A program made the position numbers and the translations under genes. From the NCBI GenBank assembly GCA_965603825.1, contig CBFDEM010000025.1, positions 470,258 to 534,257 of the forward strand: 64,000 nt of DNA. The letters run 5' to 3'. Within the stretch, counting starts at the first letter, position 1, and every line of letters begins with the position of its first letter. Positions 13,318-26,887 of the stretch are shown here, one piece after another. The notes under the pieces are model-generated. The model was not told the DNA's origin and did no database searches. It worked only from the letters and a program-made list of their open reading frames with translations. The stretch comes from Blepharisma stoltei ATCC 30299. Taxonomy: Eukaryota > Protista > Ciliophora.

Positions 13318-13893
13318 TATTTGAATTACTTAATAAGCTAATTTATTATTGCATTTTATTTGGAATTTATTAGACATTAAGTTTCTAGCATAATTTAAAT
13401 AAGAACGATAGATTTTTTATATTATAATGCGAATAAGTTTAAGAATTAGTGCTTTATATACTATAAATATCCTTCAATTGATCTAAAAACTTGATTTGAA
13501 AATCAAATATTTAGAAGAATAGAAACAATTTAATAAAGATTAACTTAGTCCAAATCATGAGAAATATTTTTTATGCAATCTCTTAAAAATTTATTAATAA
13601 TTCAAGTACAAAAATTCAATAAAATATCAAATCAGATTTTAAAAGATTAATATTTCAAATTTGATGAACTCATAGACCTATTTGCTGTAAAAGCAAATGG
13701 CTGATAAAATCTAAATTTCATTATAATTAAATTCTTTAAGGAAAAAATTAAAATTTAACAAAATATAATCATCTCTTTGCTTATTTTCTTATTTCATGAA
13801 TTTATTTGACACTAAAAATTAATATTATAAAATTTCTGATTTGTTAAAAAAAATAAAACATTTAATAAAAGTAAATTAATCATTATATTATAC

Positions 13894-14831
13894 CTAATAT
13901 TTTGTAAAAAAATGATCAGGATCCAGGTCATTATAATCTATCAAACCATCACAGAATTTTTCTATCTTCGTAATATCAGGATCTTTATAAGTAGGATCTA
14001 TATTATTTATAACGTTGCCAAGATCTTTATCAGTAGGTTCTATATTATTTATAAGATTCCCAAGATCTTTATCAGTAGAATCTATATCATTTATAAAATT
14101 GCCATCGTTTTCAATCTTCTTTTTTTTTTTACTTATCTTTTGAGTTTTTTCAGTTGATTTTATTTTTTTTGGATGTTTAGTATTTTCATTTTTAAGTTCT
14201 CTTCTTTTTCTCTTTTCAGAAGGCTTTAATATGACTATTTGCTCTCCTCTATCTGCATAAGGAACCGCAGTCAATAAAATAGTGTCAACATAATAGTTAT
14301 AATCTAACGTGCAATAATCACTATTTTTATCTTTGACAACTTTCAGCATATTCAATTTTTCATTAATCATTTTCAAGTTAACTTTAAAATCACCCTCATA
14401 TCTCGTCATCCATGATTGAAAATTTTCTTCAAAATTTTTCATCTTTAGATTTAAGTACATGCGCAAAGGTTCAATGCTATCTGAGTTGAAAAACTGTTTT
14501 GCCTTATATGCTGTACTAAGTTTTCTAAATAAATTGCCCATAGTGCAATCTCTAGCTCATTTAGCATAAGTTCATCAATAATTCCTGATAAGTTTATATA
14601 TAAAGGTCTTGTTTGGAAGTCCTTTGGGATTTGATCACATTTTGTGATACGCCTAAGCATTCGCTCTGTTAATTCTGGCCTTCCTATCATCTTGAATTCC
14701 CTGTTTAAACGATAATAAACATTCAAGGAGCTTATTATACTGATTTCTCCTTGTAGCCTTTCAATATCATGTGGCTCTTCACTTTCTGCTATAAGAATGC
14801 TACTGCTGCTTGAAAAACTCTTTAAGCTCAT
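13894..14831 (-). pseudogene. Frameshifted duplicate of the 8737-9705 gene (43-bp deletion)
   Basis: Highly similar to 8737-9705, but the N- and C-terminal halves lie in different frames because 43 bp (copy-1 9345-9387) are missing at 14514-14515. Confidence 0.85.
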
Positions 14832-16919
14832 TTTATTATTTTGAAACTCTTTCTTTTATGATCTGATAGATAATTGTTTAAAATGGAAAAACGGATTCGA
14901 TCGGTATTTAAAGGTATTTGATATTTATCTAAGAATGAAAAAGAATGATATAAAATAGATATAGAGATAATAATTATCTGCTGATTGATATTAGAATGAT
15001 GAATAAAGAACTGTAAATACTTTATAATAAGTTCTATAAATTCTAACAGGTATAATATTTGAAATTTTCACTTTTTGATCATTTATAAGCTTTTAGTGAG
15101 AGTATCTTTTCTTTTATTCATGATATTATTGACTCTTTCCCTTATAAATAGACCATTCGTTACAAATTTCAAAATAAATCATTTATTAGAAATAAAAAAA
15201 TGAAGGGTTAAATAATGCTCTTGCCAGTATTCTCAAGTATGTTTAATTCATGAAATTTTGGACTTAAACATCAATTCATAATGAAATATTAATGAGCCAA
15301 TATAGTTTAATGATGTTTGCTTGCCAAAAATAATGTGCTGCAAAAATTTCTGATATTCAGAAATTTGTTGTTTTCATTTAATCGTTTATGGCAAAATTTG
15401 ATATAAAAACTTATAATTTTATCAATATACATGCATTAGTATATTTGATCTGCTTAATCAATTAAAGTAAAGACATCAGAATTACTTTCAGACTTACAAA
15501 TTAGATAGCTTATAATTTAATTTGGATTTAATTTATATTGCATTGTAAAATTTATATTGAACTATAAAAAAGTGATAGTTATTAAAAAATTCAAAAAATT
15601 TCTGAATAATCACTAAATTGATTTATCTCTTTAAAGCTTCCATATACACTACTGATAAAATCTAAATTTAAATTATAAATTCAAAAATTTGCTATACTGC
15701 ATAATAGATGATTAGAATTTACTTTATAAAATTATACAACTTTAAACAGTCAAAAAACACTTGAAAATATGCAAAGGTTCTTTATCCTCTCTTAGAAAAA
15801 ATACTTCAGACCGCCAACTTCAGTATCGTGTAAAAATTGCTTACAAAAATAAGCATCAGAAAAACAAAGCAAACATTTTCTGGTTAGAAATTTGTTGACA
15901 AACTAAAATAAAATAAATCGTGTAAAATTCTTATAAGTCAAGAAATTTGGTAAACCAACATAGTTTAGTCATATATCGAATGCACCAAAATTAATTTAAT
16001 TGACCATATTTTTTGGTTTAAAGTTATTTGCACTTTATTTCTTAAATTCTTCTCAAATCAATTATTTTGTGATGATGCTTCAGTAAGTGAAGCAGGTTTT
16101 CGCATGGAGATAAGCAAGGATTCTCTCTTAGAGGAATAAATAAATCTATTTTTTGGACTAAATATAAGAGTAAATTCTCAAACTTTATTATTATGCTCAA
16201 TATATATAACTTTTTAAAATTATTAAATTGTTTGATGAGGTTTTTATCGCTTTTTTAATTTTGGATAGCTCGCTATTTCAATTCATTGTTTCTTTTTCTT
16301 CTAGCGTTATCAATATCAATAAAAAATCTGAAATTTAACTTCAAAAATATTTTTTCTTAAAATTAAGTCGATTCTCTATCTTGCTCTAATTGTCTTTCTA
16401 TGGCATGATATTTCCAAAGCCTTCTTTCATTGGTAGATATGGCTAAAAGCATAATCTATCTATTAAATTCAAAGAAATATCTAAAACCCTCGAAAATCGA
16501 AAAATTGATACAAATTTTGGTCATGAATAAGTATAAGGGAACTAACGTTTGCATGCATATACGATTAATCCTTGCATTCTGAGTTGAAATACTGCTTCAT
16601 CTCCATTTCCTATTATTTATAAAACATATTCGCATTCTATATTATTTAAGCTGAATAAATTATAGACAAGCTATTTAAATGTATATCAAAAGATATTTTT
16701 TAAAAATCAAAGCGCATACCTAATCTAAAAACCAAATAATTTTGAAAAAGAACCTTAAAACTCAAAATAGTTATTAAAATTTATTTAATTATCATTTTAG
16801 TTATATACTGCTAATACTTCAAAACGTTGATATTGAAATAAGCATCCAAAATTTCAGATATTTCCTAAATTTAACGTATATAAAATATAATTAGCCAAAT
16901 TTATGATAGAAAAGGTTAT

Positions 16920-18260
16920 TTAAGTTTTAGATTTTCTCTCATCACTGGAGGAAAAAATTTATGATGAAGTATCTTGCAATCATTATAAATTGTTTCCAAT
17001 ACGAAAACCTCAATTAAGGTCCCCCAAGGAAGCTTGCAGCCCAATATACACTTATCTAAGCATCAAAATTCCAATAATGGAACCAATAGTGATAAAAACT
17101 CCTATAGATACTACAGCTGCTGAGCATTGAAGAGCTTATCCCTGTCGGTGCTAAAGGCAACAACATTAAAGATTTCAATAGGCATTGCAATTACCAAAAC
17201 GGCAATCATGCCTCCAAAGTATAAAGCCTCATAGTCATCAGACAAGGTCTCAGTTGGTGTTTCAGTCCCTGCGCTAATATTTTCAGATCCAAAGTACAGC
17301 AATCCTTCAAGCAGTAAGTCAAAAATGATAATTATCACCAAGGTAAAGGTGACTTTACTAAAGGAAGGCCTATAGTCGATAAGTCCGAGAGCTAAATGTC
17401 CTTCAAGTATCCCGAATTGAATAAACTTGTAATAAAAAATAAAATATAGGGATTTTTGATTATCTTGTCCTAAAATCACTCAAATTAGGGATTGAGACAA
17501 AGCCTTTTCAAAATTTTACTTCCATCCTACATAAGAAAGGCTTTTCTTGCCTTTGAATCCTGGTAATAGGCGCAAAGAAATTCATAAGATGCAAGCTTGC
17601 ACTTAATCTGGACCTAGAATAGCCTAAGCTGCCTGTTAAATCTTAGGAGATTCATAAGACAGAGCCCTGGAGCAAAGAGGATCAACTGAGATATCTACTG
17701 GAACCTTAAAAGTTATATTCTTCTTTAAGAAGATTTATCCCAAAATTAGCATTTAGAGATTATTAAAAACACAAGCATAATTGCAATGCTCAATCAAATA
17801 TTTCTCTATGTGCCAGGTATGGAAGAATTTTTTCTGGTTGATCATAGTTACAGAGGTATATGATGCTATAAGCTGTGAAATCGCATCTGAAGGAGCTAGA
17901 TATTTTCCAAACAACATATTTCCATTAGAAAATGTATAGCAGAGCTACAAAGACAGCTTTTTGTCGATGCATCATATGCTGCATGCACAAGCAACTCCAT
18001 TTAACTCAGCCTCAGTCACGCATGCAGATCATTTATTACAATCATTTGCATCACAAGAAGAGCAGAGGTTATCGCATATAGCTATTCATTACGCTCTACA
18101 AATACTTTTCGTATTATCCCAATAAAAGCTTGAATTGTATGGATAGGTACCACTTCTAGTGTAGCATGGCTGTCTTTGTAAGCATCACACTTCGAACTGC
18201 CTGGACCCGTAAATTTCCCACAAGTTGCATCGCATTTGGACAAAAATAAGAAAAAGCATC
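16920..18260 (-). pseudogene. Collapsed pseudogene of the polycystin-1-like Cys-rich family
   Basis: 16920-17410 matches the TM region of 19110-19620 (ILEGHLALGL..RPSFSK...LLLEGLLYFGSE). 17700-18080 matches the post-repeat Cys block (YLAPS, YDASTKSC, CDNLCSSC). 18150-18260 gives CDATCGK. No REJ or GPS region is recognisable, and there are many stops and frameshifts. Confidence 0.85.
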
Positions 18261-19109
18261 CCAGTAATATCCTAAGTTCCACTTGCAGACGTCTCCTGAT
18301 ATAATCGCATGTGCTGTTTACAATTTGAGCAATTGGTTTGTCCTGAACAAAGTCCACAAGTTGTATCGAAGGCTACACATAATATTCAAAGCTTCTTCAA
18401 GATATGCAAACTTAATGTAGATTGAATATTTTGATTCTGGGGTGAAATTAAAGGTTTGGATCTTTCCTCATGCATTGCCTGCACTGCACACAAACTTCTT
18501 TTATTTAGCATTTCGATCACAACGAATTAATTATCTCTTTGATTGCCACATCTGGGGGAGGGTGCAGTCTATAAAATGCCTTTTTCAGTTGATCTCCCCT
18601 CTTAGCGTGAAAGGACAAATCGGCACAGTGATTCCTTTCCGTTTATACCTTATGGAGAACAGGTTGATTTATGAGAACTCTCGATAGCTTGTCTCCACCA
18701 GAAGGAACTACCACATAGCCTGAGGGACCTATAGGACCTCAATATCGATCCTGAAGGAAATATGTTGCACATTTCTGTGCAAATGCTAGGCAGAGATCCT
18801 TCTTCTTTTTCTGATCCGACCCCTTAGATAATTTGAAAAGTATATTTTTGTTGATCACTGCAGCAAGTCCTTTTCCTTTTGAATTCCTCCAAAAATAGCA
18901 TGAGCAGCATCAAATGTCTATTGATGGGCTGATATTTGAATAAAGTTCTGAGAATCACCAAGAAAATTTCAGAGTGAGAGCATGCGAGCAGCTTCCTGCA
19001 CTATATTTAATTAGAATATTTTACAATTTTTTCAATGTTTTAATTATTTTTATTAAATTAACGATAGTATTTTAAATGGCTCAAATCTAAACACAAAATA
19101 AAAGGTTAT

Positions 19110-22100
19110 TTAAACTTTAGGCTTCACTGTAATAACTCTTGAATAAGACTTTATGAGAAAGTATCTAACAATCATGAAAATGGTTTCAAAAATAAATACT
19201 TCAATTAAAATTCCCCAAAGGAAGCTAACTGCCCAGTACCCACTCCACTTATGACAGAAATCAATACTCAGGATGATAATGCCTATAATTGATCCAATGA
19301 GTATAGCAATACCTAGAGCAATTGCGGATGCTGACCACTTTGAAATTTTAGCTCTGTCAATGCTAAAGGCAACTACCATGAAGATTTCAACTGGGACTGC
19401 AATGCTCAAAGCCAAGATCATGCAGCCAAAATATTTTCCTTCATAGTCGTCAAACAATGTCTGAGTTGACTTTTCGCTTCCTGAGTCAGTGTCTTCAAAG
19501 CCGAAATACAATAAACCTTCTAGCAACAGCTCAAAGATGACAACCACTACAAACGTGAATAGTCTTGCTAGTCTTGAAAATGATGGACAATGGTACAAAA
19601 CTCCAAGGGCTAAGTGTCCTTCAATTAAAATTTGCAGATTGCGGTTGGCTTCTTTTTTAGGCACTTCTATTTCAGTCATTCCATCAACTTGCTCAGAAAT
19701 TACAGTTCTGCTCAAGTCAACTTGTCTTGGCTTAGCAGTTTCGCCATCTAGCCTCGTCGGTTCTATGCTCTCAGCAGACTCTTCTTCTTGGAACGATTTT
19801 TCCTTTTCACTGTGTCTCGGAGATAATCTTGGTGTATGAGATGGAGAATTATTTAACACTTCCTTAGAAGTATCCACAAGTAATGAAGGAGGCTTATTTC
19901 TGTCAATTGCAACCATTACTGGAGCTAAAATCATGCCAATAAACAAAATTACAGCAAGTATATAAATAGGAGCATAATTATCACCACAGCTTGAACTCGT
20001 ATCCAGGTCATTTGGAGGTGGAATAATAGGATTTATTTCGGCTAGCTTGTACATTGAGAAGTGATACACTTTAAATTTAACTGTTTTAGCATCATAATTA
20101 ACACTGACTATTTCGCAGTCTGATTCAGTCCATTTAAAGCTTGTCTCATTATAGTAAACACAACCCCATTTCGCTCCTTCTGAAATATTTTGGCTAAAAG
20201 GCAGCTCGATAATAAATGGGCTGTCTGGAGTTGAGAATGGGACATAAGATTCAGGCGACTGGCTGAGCACATAATTTTCATAAGTTCCTGACTGCCCGAA
20301 GCTAAAAATAGCAACACCTGACAAGTCATTGGTAAATCCATGGTAAAAACAAGCCCTCATATTCATAATATCTGTTGGAGAGTAGTCTAAAGACTCTGGA
20401 TAGGTAAGGTTTCCGTACTTAGAATATTGACGTGTAGTATTTAGCATGCTGTTAGGGAAATTTCTATCATTATAAATCATGGTTTTTGCAGTGTTTTGGT
20501 CGCCGCTCATTGAGGATTGAGTAACTAAGTCTTCTGCTGTTGCAGCAATTGCCCAAGATGTATAGAAATTATTGATATAAAGGACATATTTTTCAAAGCT
20601 TTGGCTTGAGAAACTAGTACTGTTGCCATAGGTCAAATAGTTTTCACCAATTAACAAAATAATATTAATATTACTTTGGCTTGGTATCAAGGATGGGAAG
20701 GTCTTCAAAATGTTATTTAGCCAATCAATAAGCTCTTTATAGATGTCAAAAGTCATCAATGAAGGCTGCTTCGTCAATGAATAAGCTGCACCTAGCACGT
20801 TTTGCAAAAGGGTGGTTGTCATAGTACTTATGCTGGTGACATAAGATTTTAAATCACTCCACATAGTGGTAGACAATGAACTATCAATTGTAGCACTATT
20901 GCAAAATGAAATAATAGTAGAGGGGATGTTGTCTGGATCCAGAATCATTGATGAATAAGCCGTTCTTAATCTTTCAGAGTCCAAAAGTCTGCTTGTATAT
21001 GCAGTGACTGCAATAGCTTTACTATATGTATAATCTGCACAGGTATGGAGCTGATCACATACATGCACTGAAATGTAGTTGTTGCCTTGAGGCAAGATAT
21101 ATGATACTTGAGTTTTCTCTGTGGTTGGCCCAATATTGAATTTTTCACTGCCATTATTTGAGTATTTAAAGGTGTACAAAAGTGGATAATCTTCGCCGTC
21201 ACGGTCATAGCAATTAGATATTGATATGGCAAAGCTGGTGGTTAAAGCAGTTCCAAAATCAGGGGAAACAGAAGGCTGCGAGTCTAAACATGCTGCGCCT
21301 AAGTTAGAGCTGATAGATACACTTGTCTTACAGCTCACACTTGCAGATGTAACAGTTAAAGTAAATACATATGCCATACCTTCAGCTAGAGAACCAGCAG
21401 AAAGCGAAAGAGCTGAAAGGTTATTTGGCTCAATTTTCACATTAGATCCAGAAGACTGAGACCAAATAGTAGAAGCCCCAGAGTCCGCTGAGACAAGAGC
21501 TGAGTATTGATTTTTTGCTTGGCCGTTTACCTTTAAGAAGATCGTCGGAATTTCGACTGAGATATTTGCCTGAATATTTAAAATATTGAGCGTTATTGTA
21601 TAGCTTGCTGTTCTAGTATCCTTAGAGACCGTACAAGTTAAATCCCACTTCACTCCTTTCGTCAGTTTTTCTTTAGAAATAGTCAAGCTCTTATCCTTTT
21701 GTCCAGAAAGGAATGAAGCCACTGAGCAGTCCGTCCCATCTATATGATTGCTGCAAGTCCACTTATACCCAAGAGGAACCTTTGAATCAGGATCATCCGG
21801 GTCTTTAGACCCATTTGCGTTAACAGTAAAGTCCTTATTTCCATTAATATCCCCGCTGCCCGTGGATAATTGAATGAAAAGAGGTGACGAAGCCACTGTA
21901 ATAGAAATACTAGCACTCCCCATAACTAGAGCTCCAGCATTATTTTGAGTAGCAGTTGCAGTAAATACATATGGACCGCCTGGAGACAACAAGTTACTTG
22001 AAATTGATAACTTTTGTGTATTGGAGCTAGAAGCAAGATTAGACGCTGCAGCACTGACTGGCCCCGATGTATAAGACCATTTTCAAGAAATTGTACTTGT

Positions 22101-25100
22101 GGATCCTCCACAGACAGCTGTAACCCAAGCTTTCACGTTTCTAGAGTTTGAGGCTTTCATTGAAATGGTATCTCCTGAGTCAAAAGAAACAGTCAGCACC
22201 TCTTGAGGAGAAATAGTAGTTGTCTGAGATGCAGAATCTGTTAGGCCAAAGACATTTGTAACTTGAACAGTCACTGTCAATGAGGAACTTATACTGGATT
22301 TATCAATTGAAATAGAAGATCCTGACTGTGCGTCTAAAAATGTTTTTAAGCTTGAAATTGTTGAGCTTCATTTATATCTCAAAATAGAACCATAACTCCC
22401 AGTTGACTTGCCAGCTGAGTAAACAAGTGGGTCATTATTGCAGCTAAGGGAGACTGAATCTGGTCCTGATAGCTTGGCAACTGGGCTTGGAGTTGTGGGC
22501 ATAGAAATACTTATGCTTAGCGGCTGATAATTATTGGTACAGTCATCTTGTGAATTTTTAACAATTCATGTGCCATCTAGATTTATTGTGGAGCTTCTAA
22601 GGCTAAATCCACTTCCCAAAATAATTTTAAGAGTCTTAGAATCTGACCAAGAGCATAGTGGGTTGCTTCCCATCAATTGAAGAGTGTCATAAGTCAAAAC
22701 CTTGTTGCAGGAAGAATCTATTGTGGTATCTATTGGGACTTTGAATGATATTGTAACAAATGCGTATGATGGGCTGTATGCTGCTGATAAAACATCAGCA
22801 GGAGCCAAATACTTTTTACAGGATATACATTTGTTATAGGATAAAGAGTACCCAGAATTGCAGACACAGCTTTTTGATGCTGAATCATATGAAGAATTCG
22901 CTGTGCAGGCACAAGTAGAACCAGTTAGCTCTGCATTTGTGATGCATGCAGTGCAGTTTTGCCCATTAGAAATAGAACAAGAAGTGCAAAGATCATTGCA
23001 GGTTGCTACACAATCGTTATTTGTATTTAAAGAAAAGCCACTATTGCAAGAGCATATTCCATTTGACCCTTTTGCAGCATTATTTTTGCAAGTTAAACAA
23101 TTTGTTAAAGAGTCGCAGGTTACACAAGAAGCCGGACATAGGGAGCACGCCCCATTATCTGGTGCATATCCACTTTTACATATGCATTTTTTCGTGCTAG
23201 AGTCCAAATCAGCATTTATAACGCAACTAGAGCATATCTGTGCTGAAGAGCAATTATCGCATTGGTTAGTGCAAGCTTTACAAGTTGTGGAATCTAAATA
23301 GTAGCCATCGATACACCCCTTACAAGCTGTAGCTGAATTGCATGAAGAGCATGGGCTTATGCATGCTGCACAAGTGTCTTGGTCATTTAAGTAAAATCCA
23401 GTATTGCAGGCACATAGAAGAGCTGTAGTATCAAAAGAAGTATTGGTATCAGTACATGTGCAGGTACCTGCATTTGAGTCAAAAGTCATATGGGTTGAAT
23501 CCTCGCAAGCAGTACAAGAAGTAGCTGAATTTAAGCATGAAGAGCATGGTGCGATGCATGCAGTGCAAGTATTTTGGTCATTTGAATAAAATCCTGTATT
23601 ACACGTGCATAGAAGGGTAGCAGTATCAAAAGAAGCATTGGAATCAGAGCATGTGCACGTTCCTGCAGCTGAGTCAAAGGTCATATGAGTTGAATCTTCA
23701 CAAGCAGTACAAAAAGTAGCTGAATTGCATGAAGAGCACGGACTTGTACATGCAGTGCAAGCGCCTTGGTCATTTAAGTAAAATCCTGTGCTGCAGGTAC
23801 ATTTAAGAGACGCTTCATCAAAAGAAGCATTGGAATCAGAGCACGTGCATGCTCCTGCAGCTGAGTCAAAAGTCATATGAGTTGAATCTTCACAGGCAGT
23901 ACAAAAGGCAGCTGAATTGCATGAAGAGCATGGCGCTGTGCATGCAGTGCAGGTGTCTTGATCATTTAAGTAAAATCCTGTGCTGCAGGTACATTTAAGA
24001 GACGCTTCATCAAAAGAAGCATGACTATCTGTGCATATGCATGTCCCTGCAGCTGAGTCAAAAGTCATATGAGTTGAATCTTCACAGGCAGTACAAAAAG
24101 TAGCTGAATTCGAGCACGAAGAGCATGGCGCGGTGCATGCTGCACAAGTGTCTTGGTCATTTAAGTAAAAACCTGTGCTGCAGGTACATTTAAGAGACGC
24201 TGCATCAAAAGAAGCATGGCTATCTGCACATATGCATGTTCCTGCAGCTGAGTCAAAAGTCATATGGCTTGCATCTTCACAGGCAGTACAAAAGGCAGCT
24301 GAATTGCATGAAGAACATGGCGCTGTGCATGCAGTACAAGTGTCTTGGTCATTTAAGTAAAATCCTGTATTGCAAACACATTTAAGAGTCGTAGTATCAA
24401 AAGAAGCCTTGACATCAGTACATGTACATGTTCCTGCTGCTGAATCATACGTCATATGGGTTTCATCTTGACATGTAGTACAAAAAGTAGCTGAATTACA
24501 TGAAGAGCATGGAGCTGTGCATGCAGTACAAACTTCTTGGTCATTTAAGAAAAATCCTGCATTACAGACACATTTAAGAGATGCGGTATCAAAAGAAGCA
24601 TTGGTATCAGTGCATGTGCATGCTTTTGTGCCTGCATCATAAGTCATATGAGTAGAATCGTCGCATTCATCACAATCTGTAGCTACCGTGGAGCATGTAG
24701 AGCAGGGATGTTGACAATCAGCACAATCTCCTGTATCTATCTGGTACTTTCCAGGGTCACATGCTGATGGATCCAAGCGTCTTTCTGATTCGTTGATATT
24801 ATTTTTATAAGAAGCTACTTGATTAAAATTTTGAGCTATTTCAAAGTCTTTTTCCTCTGAATTTCTCCTATTATTTTTATTTTGTCCATCCTTGCTATAA
24901 ATGATGCTATTTTTCTGGGTATGTCTATCATCACCTTTACTTTCTATTTTTGCAGAATTTTCCATGTTGTCATTATTTGTAGCATCTTCAATCAGATTCT
25001 GGGTGGCTTTGGAAGTAATCTCATCGCCAATATCGCCTAATTTCATCTCATTTTCATTAACTTCGCCACCTCCTTGGATCATGGATCTTAAAGTATTTTC

Positions 25101-25205
25101 ATATAGGTCAAATTGAGGGTCTTTTATCATGATATTTTCCTCACGCCCGTCACTATAAAGTAGCTGAAAGGCAATAAGAGGTATAAACATGAAAAAGTTG
25201 GCCAT
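19110..25205 (-). CDS. Polycystin-1-like Cys-rich surface receptor, about 2,031 aa (signal peptide, Cys repeats, REJ/PKD-like region, GPS/GAIN motif, multi-TM tail)
   Basis: ORFs 22566-25217, 22083-22280 and 19110-21992 are one frame, joined by TGA at 22566, 22368 and 22083, all aligning to TGG Trp in the 37817-54892 paralog. It contains a GPS-like WGCVYYNETSFKWTESDC...YHFSMY and a PKD1-like EGHLALGVLY..PSFSRLARL. Start 25205 is favoured by the shared leader motif; 25217 is also possible. Confidence 0.9.
23360..24720 (-). repeat. Coding tandem repeat, about 192 bp (64-65 aa) x 7
   Basis: Unit is approximately CTAPCSSCNSAAFCTACEDSTHMTFDSAAGTCTCSDSHASFDEASLKCTCSTGFYLNDQDTCTA. Confidence 0.92.
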
Positions 25206-26326
25206 TTTATTACCCATTCAAAATTTGGTTTAGAAATGCATAAATTGCAGATAATTAGAATTATTAGGACCATAATCATTAGGCTAAACTAAAAATTAAG
25301 ATTGTAAGTGAATTTTCAGGCTTTCACTTTTTTGTGGGTTAATAAGGTTTTTTGATATTTAATGCATTTTAAATTTTAGATTTTTGATTCTTGATGAGCA
25401 GAGGATATTAATTACCTTGATTTTTCAGTAATTATGCTTTGGGCAGATCAGAGACGGCTGGCTAATTGGTGTTCTTGAGATTTTATATGGGTATTATCGT
25501 AATATTATGGCTTAATTTATTCACCTGATTGTATATTTATTATCTAATTTTTAGTTTTATAGTTTATTTGAAATTAGAAAACTTTAATCTGAAAAGAAAT
25601 TAAAAAGCTTTCATCATTTTGCTCAACAATTTTCCTGCTTTATAGGAGATAATTCCTATTAAAATTATCCTTACTCGACTTAGTTTCTTCAGATGGAAAG
25701 ATCTAGAATTGCCAAAAAATTATTGAATTATGTAAAATGCTAAATTATAGCCATATACGTCACTAAAAGCTAGATATTAAGCTTAAAAAATAATTATAGA
25801 TCAAAAGAAGAATTCTTACAAAATTGTCGAAAACAATTGAAGAGTCTTATGTTTTGAATTTTTCGAAATTTACTAAAAATAAGCCTAAGATTTAGAATCT
25901 ATATTTTTTATAAATCTCACTGATTTCTTATGCTGATTAGAAGTTTTATGCTGATTATACTCCTCTATCTCCCCTAACCGATTTGCATTGTGGTAAAAAC
26001 ACTTTGAAAATATAAATATTTAATAAAACTTTATGCGCATTCAAATGAAATCGAACATGAAAACAATTAGCGATTATTCTAGGAATTAAAATTTAATTCC
26101 ATAGGAGTGATTTTACAGTGATTATATGAAAACCGTATTATTTTTAAAAGTAAACTCTATCAATTTTAACAATTATTTCAATTGTTATGATACGTAATTC
26201 GATTAAAGTGTTAATCTCATAATTTATTTAAGAATTCACTTAATATTAAATAATCATTATTTAGGGTATTTATTCATTAATTAGGATCCCATTTACTATC
26301 TAAATCTTAATACTTATTTGCAGCTT

Positions 26327-26887
26327 TTATTTTCTCTTTGCTAATTTCCGATCCCTATATTCTTCATAACTTTCATATCTTACGCTTTTCTTATAATGCT
26401 TATCAAATTCATACTCTTCGCGCAGCCTTTTTTCAGTTTCTTTAATCCTTTCTATATACTCAGCAAAGGTCTCATTATTTCCATCCTTTCCGCTATCAAG
26501 CCTCTGATCTATCGTATCAATTTTACCCTTTGGAGGGTTCAATAGCTCAGGCTTGTTTAATAAATCGTATTTTATTGCAATTTCTTTTAAAAAATTACGA
26601 TTTTTGAGGAGAACTGGGATTGTTATAGAGCGGTAGCATAATATAAATGTGCAGGATCTTCAAAAGATAGGGTAAAAAAAATCAGGAATAGGAATATAAT
26701 AAGCAACAGCTATTGATATAGGAGCACCAATAAATCTAACACACATGCTGGATATGTGACGAGAACTTATTTCTGCTTGTTCTTTTCTGGTTATGACACC
26801 TTTTTTGGCTCTAGAAAGAGCTCGCGTGTAAAAAATAGCATTTGGGTCTTTCATTCCAAAAAAGACAGCTTCAAGAACTCTACTCAT
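26327..26887 (-). CDS. Hypothetical protein, 186 aa, with a central hydrophobic segment and charged C-terminus
   Basis: ATG at 26887 (MSRVLEAVFFG). TGA at 26660 joins the two listed ORFs in frame through the open linker RSCTFILCYRSITIPVLLKNRNFLKEIAIKY. Confidence 0.8.

Larger units (their letters stand above)
10262..15304. repeat. Tandem segmental duplication, copy 2 (about 5.0 kb)
   Basis: Colinear with 4805-10170 and starts with an orphan copy of the last ~50 bp of the 1528-4860 gene. Confidence 0.93.

Noticed and set aside
13894-14831. Programmed frameshift or tiny intron joining the two overlapping ORFs
   Set aside because: Comparison with copy 1 shows a simple 43-bp deletion of conserved coding sequence.
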